Shown: positions 10,572 through 19,744 of the stretch, one piece after another
How the letters are laid out: every line of letters begins with the position of its first letter
How positions within the stretch are numbered: position 1 is the first letter of the stretch
From: Spirochaetia bacterium
GTDB lineage: Bacteria; Spirochaetota; Spirochaetia; DSM-27196; Salinispiraceae
Assembly (NCBI GenBank): GCA_038204425.1
Contig: JBBRCZ010000012.1
Span: forward strand, 1-64,000
Length of the DNA: 64,000 nt
Reading direction: 5' to 3'
Position numbers and translations under genes: made by a program
The notes under the pieces: model-generated
Told to the model about the DNA's origin: nothing
Seen by the model: only the letters and a program-made list of their open reading frames with translations
Database searches by the model: none

Positions 10572-10608
10572 ACCCGCTCGAAGCAAACAATTTCGGGCGG
10601 GTTTTTTT
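10572..10608 (+). terminator. Intrinsic terminator after eno
   Basis: ACCCGCTCGAAG / TTTCGGGCGGGT stem with a T-tract. Confidence 0.85.
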
Positions 10609-10985
10609 ATGGCTTATTAAAAGGCTCGACGGCAAAGTCATAACCCAAAAAATCAGTAAAGAACACCTTGCATGTTCCGGTGACTAACTGGTTGTCGATG
10701 TCGCTTCTTCCGTTCCAAGTATACGTCTGAGTTAACGATTGCAGTGGTAAAAGGCCATAGTAAACTTTGTGCTCGAGAAGAATAAATGCCGCGTACCTAA
10801 ATAGTGTAAAATGGTGAGGTATTGGTGATGGTTAAAGTAAAGCTGATAGAAGAATTGGCATTTTTTGTGACTACAATGTCGCGTTTGAGATGTTTATCAC
10901 TGCCACTAACTTGGTACAGGTCGCAGGAACCAAGTATTAGAGCAAACAACACGGTGCACAAAGCTATCAAATTGGGTTTACGCAT
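10607..10985 (-). pseudogene. Frameshifted small lipoprotein with a BsuPI/FlgD-Ig-like C-terminal segment
   Basis: Lipoprotein signal LILGSC after an AGGAG RBS; stop at 10797; a second frame continues LLPLQSLTQTYTWNGRSDIDNQLVTGTCKVFF to TAA at 10607. Confidence 0.5.
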
Positions 10986-11032
10986 GGGCCTTCTCCTTGT
11001 ATCGGTGCTTAGGTGGATTATAGTCTGAAATA

Positions 11033-11328
11033 CTATTGCTGAGAACTGCTAAGCTGCCGCGAACTATTGAAAACTAGTTCTCTCAGTGCACTTTCAACTA
11101 CAGCTGGAAGCACAACTACTTTTCTACGAGAACTATGTCCACTTGCCAAACTTAGTGCAGTGCGGCTTACGCCCAGGGTTTTGGACAAGAAACTCAACAG
11201 TTCATCGTTGGCCTTGCCCTTGTCGGGAGCAGATCAGCACATTCGGTTTTGCTTGCACCCGGTACCACCAATACATTCAACCTTAAGCTGCCGTCGCTTT
11301 TTTTCTTTACAACAGTCTGCTGTTCCAT
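11033..11328 (-). pseudogene. DUF167/YggU (UPF0235) gene broken by an internal deletion and frameshift
   Basis: Frame A MEQQ...LRLNVLVVPGASKTEC; frame B APDKGKANDELLSFLSKTLGV...SGHSSRRKVV; the usual linking segment is missing. Confidence 0.75.
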
Positions 11329-11431
11329 AGGGTCAGCATTCGAAAACCATTGGTTAATGTCAATGGCTTGCAAGCAAAGAGATCCCTCGGGATAATGGAG
11401 GCTACAAGTATCCTCGATTAGGAGTAAAACT

Positions 11432-12142
11432 ATGTTAATTAGAAAGATTATTGTTAGAAAGATAACTAGGCTCGCCATTTTGGTGGCTCTAACCACCGCA
11501 GCCCTAGCGGCCTGTAGTACTACAAGTATTGTGGCAAAAACCAATCCCAAGATGGTTTTTCCCTTGCCATTTACCATGGATCAACCGCCGCTGCTCTTGC
11601 CTCTTGATTTTTCCTACCTTGGCGCAAGTACCGATGCCGAGGACTTAAATGCCAAAGTCGCAAGCCTGGTTTCGCAGAAATTTGGCGACCATCTGGTCAC
11701 CAGTCAGTCCATGGCAGAAAGTCTCGGTCGCTTGGCAGTCAGATTTGCCCAAGATATCAATGGTGCCGCTTTAGCTGAGACCTGGTCACTAATAGGAGAA
11801 GAAAACCGCAAGGCTTTAGTCAAAGAAATCGATACAGTTCGGCCATTTTTGGAAAGTCGTTTGTCGCCAAGCGGTTTTGCCGCACCAAACTATCGTCCGC
11901 GTTTCTTAATTTCCTTGCATAGTTATGGAAGTTCGGCTAGTGCCGTAATCGGCAAAGCCTACAGTTTGGACGTCTACAGTTGGGGTGCAGTCTATGATCT
12001 GCAGCGCAGCGAAATAGTGTCGTTTTATTCTTCCAGCCAAGCCATTGCGGATGACGAAAAGGCGCTTGCAGAACAACTGGCTCTTGTTTACGAAAACATG
12101 ATCAATTACTTGTTAGAAGGCAGCCAAAAGGATAAGACTTAG
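11432..12142 (+). CDS. Hypothetical lipoprotein
   Basis: GGAG RBS, basic N-region, lipobox LAAC. Confidence 0.7.
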   Translation: MLIRKIIVRKITRLAILVALTTAALAACSTTSIVAKTNPKMVFPLPFTMDQPPLLLPLDFSYLGASTDAEDLNAKVASLVSQKFGDHLVTSQSMAESLGRLAVRFAQDINGAALAETWSLIGEENRKALVKEIDTVRPFLESRLSPSGFAAPNYRPRFLISLHSYGSSASAVIGKAYSLDVYSWGAVYDLQRSEIVSFYSSSQAIADDEKALAEQLALVYENMINYLLEGSQKDKT

Positions 12143-12145
12143 GCT

Positions 12146-13495
12146 ATGAATCTTAAGGAAATTTTTCAGCTAAGTGCCGATACCGACAAGCTTGGAACTA
12201 TAGACGCAATTCGTGCTGGCATAGAGTTTAAGGGCACCAACATTTGGCTGTTGATCGGCGCGATTGTGATAGCCTCGCTCGGCCTTAACATCAATTCCGC
12301 GGCTGTAATTATTGGAGCTATGCTCATTTCTCCATTAATGGGCCCTATTGTTGGTGCTGGCATGGCCTTGGGAATGTTTGACTTAGTATTATTGCGACGT
12401 TCTTTACTCAATCTTGGTGTCATGACCGCAGTAAGTTTAGCCGTATCAACTATTTACTTTTCACTTTCACCATTGAGCGGAGCCCAGAGTGAGCTTTTGT
12501 CGCGAACCACACCTACTTTTTACGATGTGCTGATTGCCTCCTTTGGCGGTGCGGCGATGATTATCTCAGTCTCACGCAAAACTCGCTCAACCAACACCTT
12601 GGCTGGTGTTGCAATTGCAACGGCACTGATGCCACCCTTGTGCACAGCGGGTTTTGGACTCGCAAACCGTGATATGGGTTTTTTCTTTGGAGCCATGTAC
12701 CTCTACCTTATCAACAGCGTATTCATTGGCCTTGCGAGTTTTCTCTTTACCAAGTACCTAGGTTTAGCAGCAGAACGAACCGAAGACGGTCCCAAAGTGA
12801 CAGTCCGCAACCGTCATATTGCAGTCAGTCTCTTGGCGGTCTTCGTGTTTATTGCACCGAGCATTTGGATGGCCTATGATATGGTGCAAGAAACTACCTT
12901 TAAGAATAATGTGGCTCGCTTTGTCAATAACGTATTGAAGTTTGAGAAAAGCTCAGTTGTCAACGTGGGCAGTACACGCGGTGGCGACCATCCGCGCATT
13001 GAGGCAACCGTCTTGGGTTCTACCCTGTCGGATGATCTGGTAAAACACCTCTCAAGTCTCCTGCCTCAATACGGTTTGCAAGGTGTAAGTCTAAAACTTT
13101 TTCAAAACAATGTCGGCACTACGCTCTTGCCTGATATCGGAACTGGCATTGACATTAATGGCGGCAACAGCCCCACAGTTAGCCTGAGTACTAGTACTTC
13201 AAGTACCTTGCCCCAACGCTTTGCAACGGATCCTCAAGAATCATCGTCAAGCGAAACCACCAAAAAAGACATCCTAGAACGGGTCGAAGCCGAAGCCCGA
13301 CTAGTCTTTCCAAGTCTGCTCAATCTTGCTTGGGCCGACCTCTTGGCACGGCCCAAAGAGCAGCTCGACAGTTCGCTCAATTATACCGTCTTCGTTCGCT
13401 GGCTTGGCCCGACCGATAATGCGCAAAAAACAAGGTTTGCAAGCTGGATTCGCTTGCGTCTGGCAAGTGATCGTATAAATATAGAAGAATTCTAA
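12146..13495 (+). CDS. DUF389 (TIGR00341-like) membrane protein
   Basis: IASLGLNINSAAVIIGAMLISPLMGPI, GVAIATALMPPL, YLINSVFI. Confidence 0.88.
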   Translation: MNLKEIFQLSADTDKLGTIDAIRAGIEFKGTNIWLLIGAIVIASLGLNINSAAVIIGAMLISPLMGPIVGAGMALGMFDLVLLRRSLLNLGVMTAVSLAVSTIYFSLSPLSGAQSELLSRTTPTFYDVLIASFGGAAMIISVSRKTRSTNTLAGVAIATALMPPLCTAGFGLANRDMGFFFGAMYLYLINSVFIGLASFLFTKYLGLAAERTEDGPKVTVRNRHIAVSLLAVFVFIAPSIWMAYDMVQETTFKNNVARFVNNVLKFEKSSVVNVGSTRGGDHPRIEATVLGSTLSDDLVKHLSSLLPQYGLQGVSLKLFQNNVGTTLLPDIGTGIDINGGNSPTVSLSTSTSSTLPQRFATDPQESSSSETTKKDILERVEAEARLVFPSLLNLAWADLLARPKEQLDSSLNYTVFVRWLGPTDNAQKTRFASWIRLRLASDRINIEEF

Positions 13496-13941
13496 TGCCT
13501 ACCGTCAGTACTTATTCTATATATTGGTTGGCAGTAGTTGTAGCAGCATTGTTCGTAATTTGTTTGGCTGGCCTCATCTGGTCGCTGTTTAGGCTGCAAC
13601 AAGTCAAAAGGCAGGCACGTAAACAGCTAGAAGACAGCCTCAATCGTAGCCGAGCCGTTATGCGTGGCCAGTTGTCAGAAAGCTTTGCACCACTTCTGCC
13701 GGGATTTCCTTTTCATTTTAAGGATGCGCGCTTTCTCGGTCAACCGATTGACTACTTGGTTTTTGATGGGCTTTCCCATGACGACGGCAAGGCGGAAATT
13801 AGTGTCTGGTTTGTAGAAATTAAAACTGGCAAGTCGGCCTTGAGCGACAGGGAGAAGGCAGTCAAAGCAGCTGTCGAAGCTGGTCGCGTGAGGTGGATGA
13901 CCCTGCGGCTCGATGATGCGGGAACTTTGCACGAGCTTTGA
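13495..13941 (+). CDS. Membrane-anchored PD-(D/E)xK endonuclease, archaeal Holliday junction resolvase-like family
   Basis: N-terminal TM; SRAVMRGQLSE, RFLGQPIDYLVFDG, FVEIKTG; TAATG coupling to the upstream gene. Confidence 0.8.
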   Translation: MPTVSTYSIYWLAVVVAALFVICLAGLIWSLFRLQQVKRQARKQLEDSLNRSRAVMRGQLSESFAPLLPGFPFHFKDARFLGQPIDYLVFDGLSHDDGKAEISVWFVEIKTGKSALSDREKAVKAAVEAGRVRWMTLRLDDAGTLHEL

Positions 13942-14076
13942 GCACCTTTAAATTTTGCGTTTCTTTTTCCCAATAATGACCATTTGATGCCCAACTATCC
14001 TGCGACTGAACTATAATTTACTTAGAGCTTGCGCTCCAATTTATGGAACTAGTGCCGAGGTCTGGCAATTGGTAAG

Positions 14077-15849
14077 GTGAGAGTGGAAAAAGAACGCACG
14101 GCGTTACGCAACCGTTTCTTTTCTCAAGCATGGATAGAAGAAGCCCTTCACTATGCTAGTGATGTCCATGCACTGACTAGATTTTATTGTTCTCAGGTTC
14201 AAGACCTAGTCCCTTGTTCATGCATGGTCGTGGTTAGGCTTCAGAAAAACGGCATTTTTTCTGAAGCGACGGTAGTTGATAGCTACCCCGAGGGCAGTCA
14301 CTTTCCAGCCAGTTCTGAACAACTTTTGCAACTTACACTCTATGCCTATCAGCTAAGCGCTTATTCTGGCTCGCTTAGCGAGAAACCAATAGAACTCAAC
14401 ATGGTCCTGACTTCTAGACTACAGGAGCGACTTTCGATACTTCCGCTCCATTTTGAAGGTCAGTGTTTTGCCGCCGTTTTGATGCTTGATACTAGTGAAA
14501 CTCATTTGCTAGGTGAGTTTGGCAAAGAACTTGTCTCTATGCAAAAATTGCTTAATCCCTTGTTAAAGAATGGTTTGGAACTCTATCAAGTCAAAGAACA
14601 GCTGAAAGCACAAAATCGCGTCTCCCAATCCAACCAAGAAAGGTTGGTCAGACTATCAGACTTAGTGCCGGTTGGCATTTTTAGATCCAACCCGACCGGG
14701 GCCTACACTTATGTAAACAAGACCTGGTGTGGACTTGCTCAATGTACAGCAAAGAGTGCACTTGGATTGGGATGGCTAGGCAGCATACATCCCGAAGACC
14801 TTGCCCGTGTAAAAGAAACATGGTTTGAGGCTGTTCGTTCAAAAAAAAGTTTTACAATTGAGTACAGATTTTTGACTAAGAAGTCAGCTACGGTCTGGAT
14901 CCTGTCGGAAGCCACCCCAGAACTCGATTCTGAAGGCAGCATACTTGAATACATCGGTACCGCGGTCGATATAAGTAGCCGCAAAGACTACGAAGACTAT
15001 ATTCAAGGGCTCAACGAAAAGCTCGAAGCCCGAGTTGCAGAACGTAGCGCACAATTGCTAAAGGTGCAACAAGAGTTAATCATCAAAGAAAAGATTGCCA
15101 GTCTCAACCCCATGGTAGCTGCTATCTCACACGAACTAAACACACCCTTAGGTATCATCACTACGCTCAGCGGCGCTATGAACACCAGACTCTCGACTTT
15201 TCGCGCCAAAATGGAGCAGCAGCTTTCAAAACGCGACCTGGACGAGTTTGTGGACTACATCGACGAGACTTTTAAATACTTGGGAACCTCAACCGAAATT
15301 GCCATTACCCTGATTCGCAGCTTCAAAAACATAAGTGTTGACCGAGCGGCAGCACAACGAAAAACGTTTGACCTTGTTCAGCTTGTCAAAGACTTAGTCC
15401 TAGTCTTGGGTCCAGATCTCAAAGATCAATCCTACAAGATATCTTACGAACTGCCGCAATCCTTGATAATGGACAGCTACCCTGGCCAACTCAATCAGAT
15501 CCTCGACAATCTGGCGCGCAATATTTTTCTGCACGCCTTCAATTGCAGTGACGAGGGTACCGTTACCGTCAAGGCCCAATTGGACAGCGAGCTGCAAAAT
15601 GTAGTCAAGATAGATATCTGTGATGACGGCTGCGGCATCGAGGCCGACAACCTTTCTAAAATTTTCGACCCATTTTATACCACCAAACTTGGCAAAGGCG
15701 GAAGCGGACTAGGCTTGAGCATTGTCTACAATTTGGTCAACGATGTTTTGGGCGGAAGCATTTCTGTAGAAAGCTGGTCCCCTGTTGACACGCAAGATCG
15801 CCACGGCACTCAATTTACTCTTCGTATTCCACAAAATCGCTATCCATAA
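14077..15849 (+). CDS. PAS-domain sensor histidine kinase (GAF-like N-terminus, no obvious TM)
   Basis: IHPEDL PAS, DIS, H-box SHELNTPLG, DDGCG, FDPFYTTK, GSGLGL. Confidence 0.9.
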   Translation: MRVEKERTALRNRFFSQAWIEEALHYASDVHALTRFYCSQVQDLVPCSCMVVVRLQKNGIFSEATVVDSYPEGSHFPASSEQLLQLTLYAYQLSAYSGSLSEKPIELNMVLTSRLQERLSILPLHFEGQCFAAVLMLDTSETHLLGEFGKELVSMQKLLNPLLKNGLELYQVKEQLKAQNRVSQSNQERLVRLSDLVPVGIFRSNPTGAYTYVNKTWCGLAQCTAKSALGLGWLGSIHPEDLARVKETWFEAVRSKKSFTIEYRFLTKKSATVWILSEATPELDSEGSILEYIGTAVDISSRKDYEDYIQGLNEKLEARVAERSAQLLKVQQELIIKEKIASLNPMVAAISHELNTPLGIITTLSGAMNTRLSTFRAKMEQQLSKRDLDEFVDYIDETFKYLGTSTEIAITLIRSFKNISVDRAAAQRKTFDLVQLVKDLVLVLGPDLKDQSYKISYELPQSLIMDSYPGQLNQILDNLARNIFLHAFNCSDEGTVTVKAQLDSELQNVVKIDICDDGCGIEADNLSKIFDPFYTTKLGKGGSGLGLSIVYNLVNDVLGGSISVESWSPVDTQDRHGTQFTLRIPQNRYP

Positions 15850-15863
15850 GTATACTACTGAAC

Positions 15864-16697
15864 ATGAACAGTCTTCTGCAACTAAGTACCTGGGCACGTA
15901 AGCTTAAGTCAAGCGCAACCATGCCGACTTTTTTTATTGGTCACGGGTCACCAATGAACGCACTTGAAGATAATGATTTCACGGCCTCTTGGAAGCAGCT
16001 TGGACTTGATATGCCACGTCCGCAAGGCATTCTGGTGATCTCGGCACATTGGCTTAGTCAAGGAAGCAAAGTCTGTGCTCTTGACAAGCCAGCCACTATT
16101 CACGATTTCGCCGGCTTTCCGCAGGCCTTGTTTGATGTCCAGTACCCTGCCCCTGGAGCAGCAGATCTTGCACGCGAAACTCAAAAATTAATCACCAAAA
16201 CAGAAATTAGCCTCGACCACGACTGGGGCTTGGACCACGGTACCTGGAGCGTGCTTTGCCATATGTACCCCGAGGCTGACATACCCTGCTTTCAATTAAG
16301 CATAGATTGGAACCGAGAGCCAGCTTACCACTTTGCTTTGGGTCAAGAGCTTGCCAGCCTAAGGAATAAAGGTGTTTTGATTATAGGGAGCGGCAATGTT
16401 GTTCACAACCTGCGTTTAGCTGACTGGGCTGCTGTGGACAAGCCCGGCTACGGATTCGATTGGGCACTAGAGTTTGACCAAAAGGTTGCAAGCCGAATCT
16501 TGGCAGCAGACTTTACTACTCTCTTGGGGATAGACACCTTGGGAAAAGCTGCCAAGCTTGCTGTACCAACGCTAGAGCATTATTTGCCCTTATTGTACGT
16601 AGCAGGAGCGGCAGGCGCCCACCCTACTGATACGCTAATTTTTAACCAAATGGCCGTAGCTGGCTCACTAACTATGACCTCTTACGGCTTCACCTAA
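15864..16697 (+). CDS. ygiD: 4,5-DOPA extradiol dioxygenase (YgiD/LigB family)
   Basis: FIGHGSPMNA, ISAHW, TIHDF, GLDHGTW, GSGNVVHNL, EHYLPL. Confidence 0.9.
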   Translation: MNSLLQLSTWARKLKSSATMPTFFIGHGSPMNALEDNDFTASWKQLGLDMPRPQGILVISAHWLSQGSKVCALDKPATIHDFAGFPQALFDVQYPAPGAADLARETQKLITKTEISLDHDWGLDHGTWSVLCHMYPEADIPCFQLSIDWNREPAYHFALGQELASLRNKGVLIIGSGNVVHNLRLADWAAVDKPGYGFDWALEFDQKVASRILAADFTTLLGIDTLGKAAKLAVPTLEHYLPLLYVAGAAGAHPTDTLIFNQMAVAGSLTMTSYGFT

Positions 16698-16751
16698 CCA
16701 TGTTGCGAGCGAGAACTTGCCGTATCCGGCCTTGCTAAGTACCCTATAGCA

Positions 16752-17675
16752 GTGATGACCAAAATAGCTAAATTTTGCAACAACAAACCTGTATTTTTTG
16801 CGCTTTCCTTATTGATGTTTCTGTCAACAATGTTGGCGCTTGCGCAGGATAACACTCTGCCGAACCCCTCCTTTAGCCCAGAACAAGTTATGAAGGCCTT
16901 GACGAGAGCATTTCCTGACAGAATTACGGAAGCGGCCTATCAAAATGGCGACTGGACAGTGAGAATAGACGATACCGTCTTTTACTATGCCAAGGGTCGT
17001 CTCTTGCCTGCTAGCTTGCTCAACCAGACAGAGAGCTTTGACCCTCACCCTTTTTTTAGGTATCCAGGTGATCTTCCACCTGTTGTAATAGCTGGAAGTG
17101 AAGCTGAAGCACGGGTCAAAGAGTCTGCGCGGAAAAGACAACAAAAAGCTCCTCGTCGCTCGAGTATATTTTTTGATACCTTGTGGCAAGCACGTGACCG
17201 ACAGCAGTCCTATGACAACGTTAAATCGTTGCGATTCTTGGGCAAAGAAATTTTGGTTCATCGATTCTTGCTGGAAGACCTAGCTCAAGTGGAAGCTGAC
17301 ATTAGGGAAGTGGCTAAAAAAGATGCCCAAGCCCAAAGTTGGGTAAACAAGCTGCAATCTGCAAGCTCCTGGAGTTGGAGACAAATCGCCGACACGCAGA
17401 GTCGCAGCTTTCATTCCTATGGTGCAGCAATAGATCTACCGTCTGGCCACGGTGCAGGCAAAGAGTCGTATTGGCTCTGGACGGCCCGCACCAAGCCAGA
17501 ATGGTGGCTGGTAAAGCACGAACAACGAGCAAACCCGCCCCCAGCCATTGTGACCGCCTTTGAACAAAACGGCTTCCTGTGGGGCGGAAAATGGCTCTAT
17601 TTTGATACCTTCCATTTTGAGTACCGACCAGAACTATTGATTCTGGCCGGCATGACACCCAAAAAGCTGAGATAA
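16752..17675 (+). CDS. Exported M15-family peptidase (D,D-carboxypeptidase/L,D-endopeptidase-like)
   Basis: Signal peptide; SFHSYGAAID, GFLWGGKW, DTFHFEYRPE. Confidence 0.85.
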   Translation: MMTKIAKFCNNKPVFFALSLLMFLSTMLALAQDNTLPNPSFSPEQVMKALTRAFPDRITEAAYQNGDWTVRIDDTVFYYAKGRLLPASLLNQTESFDPHPFFRYPGDLPPVVIAGSEAEARVKESARKRQQKAPRRSSIFFDTLWQARDRQQSYDNVKSLRFLGKEILVHRFLLEDLAQVEADIREVAKKDAQAQSWVNKLQSASSWSWRQIADTQSRSFHSYGAAIDLPSGHGAGKESYWLWTARTKPEWWLVKHEQRANPPPAIVTAFEQNGFLWGGKWLYFDTFHFEYRPELLILAGMTPKKLR

Positions 17676-17688
17676 AACAGCATTCTGA

Positions 17689-19728
17689 TCAAAATCCATC
17701 AGGAAGCTTAAAGAATGCTTCTTCGTCAAAGGCAAAAAAAGCTTCTACATCGAGCTTAAAGAAGTCTCGTGGACTAAAGTTGTCAAAAAACTTGTCACTG
17801 TCTGTAAAGAAGGAATCATTGGTGAAGGTGCCCTTTTGCCGGTCAAAGCGACGCTCGGGGTCCTCGTTTGCTTGTTCAAAGTACACGCCATCGTTGTAGG
17901 TAAAAGTCTTCTCTGTCGACCGTGCCTGTTTGACCCTTCCCACAATAAAGTTGACCAATGGTCCCTTGCGACCTCCAGCCAAGGCCCTAACGGCGTAAAA
18001 AACAGGATTGTTGCCAGGATTTCGGTGAACAAAGCTATTTCGTTCAAGGGTAGCCAAGCTACGATAGCTAGTGTCTGTTTGATTGTACAGCAGTACCTCG
18101 TATGAATCGGCACCACTTAGTGCTTGCCAAGAAACTACTATTCGATCGGTAAAACTACCTATGCTGGCGCGGGCGCCACGGACAGCACGAAGCGTAACTG
18201 TTTGAACCACTGGACGGACAGTACTTGAGGTAGTGCTGGAACTTGTACTCGCTCTAGTTTGCCTAACAGTGCTTGTGGTCGCAGTTGTTCTTGCTATACT
18301 GCTTGTAGTACTCGAGCTTGTGCTAGAAGTAGTGGCAACAACTGGCTTAACCAAAACACCTAGGCTAGAACTTGCGATGCTCTCTTTTCCTGCCTTAAGT
18401 GCAGTAACTGCATACCAATAGCTGTGCTCTTTGTCAGTTGGCAGGCTAGCATCCTCAAAGCCATTGTCTTTGCTCGCACCAATCAGTTGAAACTTTTCTT
18501 GACCATCATTCCATCGGTAAACGTTGTAGCTGTCAATTGAATTTACCGTATCCCACAGCAACCTGACGCGAGTGCCAACAACTTGGCTGAGAATGTTTTG
18601 CGGCACGCCGGGCAGAGCAGCAATTTGCAGAAATCCGTTGGCAACCGGGCCAAAGTCACTCTGGCCACCAATGCCAATACTCTTGATCGAATAGTAGTAC
18701 ATTGTGTCGGCCTTGACTGCCTTGTCGATATAGACTACGCCTTGAGTTTTACCAAGTTCAGCAAACGGCCCTGTTTGTTTGTTACTTCGACTTACTACAT
18801 AGCCGAGAGAATTTTGTACTTCTGCCCAATTGACTCTGACTTGATCCGGATACGATCCAAGACTCGCACTAACGCTAGCAGGTGCCACACTTTTCTCTGG
18901 CTTGTTGACACCGCGCGGAATCATCACAACTGCTGTTTTGGTTAGGTTAGCAAAGGTCTCATAGTGAACCCATGCGTAGCCTTTTTCGCCCCAACGCTCG
19001 GACCAAGAGTTAAAAACTAGGTACGCGTTCTTGGCATCATCGTAACCGATGGCCGTCATAGCATGTCCGCCGACGTTCTGCCCACTTGTCTGACGATAAA
19101 CGCCGCCCTCGTATGCCAAAAAATTCTCATACACCATCATGCCAAATATGACTACATTGCCACCAGCAATCAACATCCTAACTGCATTGCTATCTTTGGC
19201 GTTTACCGTTTGGTAAGATTCGGTTTGGTAGTTTTGCGCTTCATCGAGAGCATCCTGATTTGGTTGCTGTCTAAAGTTCTTGGTATAGGGCATAGTGGCC
19301 AAACTGGCAGCACCTTTATTTTTTATCAAATCAACGGCACTAAGGATGCTCGAGCCCTCGTCCTGGCCACCGTTAATTTGGTTGTAGACAAACGATGGTG
19401 AAAAAATGCGATCGTTGGAATTAAGTCCCCATGCCCGCAGAATATTTTCTTGATAGGTTTTGGCTGCATAGGCAACGGCCCAGCCAACACAAGAATTGAG
19501 CTCGCCTTGATTACCCGGCTTAGGCAACCATGCGCGATGATCAACACTGGCGGGTAATTTGGTGTTTGTCGGTGCACCATAGGCGCCGTCAACCGAATTA
19601 AGCAAAACAGAGGCCACGGCTGCGGAACCTAGGCCAAACTTGGCATCGGCGCTCTGGGCACTTAAAACACTGGAACTAAGTAAAACCAAAAGCACTCGAC
19701 AGAGTGCACTCTTGATACGTTTAAACAT
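17689..19728 (-). CDS. Secreted papain-family (C1A) cysteine protease with FN3-like domains and an S/T linker
   Basis: Signal peptide; LPASVD, NQGELNSCVGWA (Gln/Cys), GHAMTAIGYDD (His), NSWSERWGEKGY (Asn); ATG 19728 after GGAGGT. Confidence 0.9.
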   Translation of the reverse strand: MFKRIKSALCRVLLVLLSSSVLSAQSADAKFGLGSAAVASVLLNSVDGAYGAPTNTKLPASVDHRAWLPKPGNQGELNSCVGWAVAYAAKTYQENILRAWGLNSNDRIFSPSFVYNQINGGQDEGSSILSAVDLIKNKGAASLATMPYTKNFRQQPNQDALDEAQNYQTESYQTVNAKDSNAVRMLIAGGNVVIFGMMVYENFLAYEGGVYRQTSGQNVGGHAMTAIGYDDAKNAYLVFNSWSERWGEKGYAWVHYETFANLTKTAVVMIPRGVNKPEKSVAPASVSASLGSYPDQVRVNWAEVQNSLGYVVSRSNKQTGPFAELGKTQGVVYIDKAVKADTMYYYSIKSIGIGGQSDFGPVANGFLQIAALPGVPQNILSQVVGTRVRLLWDTVNSIDSYNVYRWNDGQEKFQLIGASKDNGFEDASLPTDKEHSYWYAVTALKAGKESIASSSLGVLVKPVVATTSSTSSSTTSSIARTTATTSTVRQTRASTSSSTTSSTVRPVVQTVTLRAVRGARASIGSFTDRIVVSWQALSGADSYEVLLYNQTDTSYRSLATLERNSFVHRNPGNNPVFYAVRALAGGRKGPLVNFIVGRVKQARSTEKTFTYNDGVYFEQANEDPERRFDRQKGTFTNDSFFTDSDKFFDNFSPRDFFKLDVEAFFAFDEEAFFKLPDGF

Positions 19729-19744
19729 AATCACCTCCACTACA

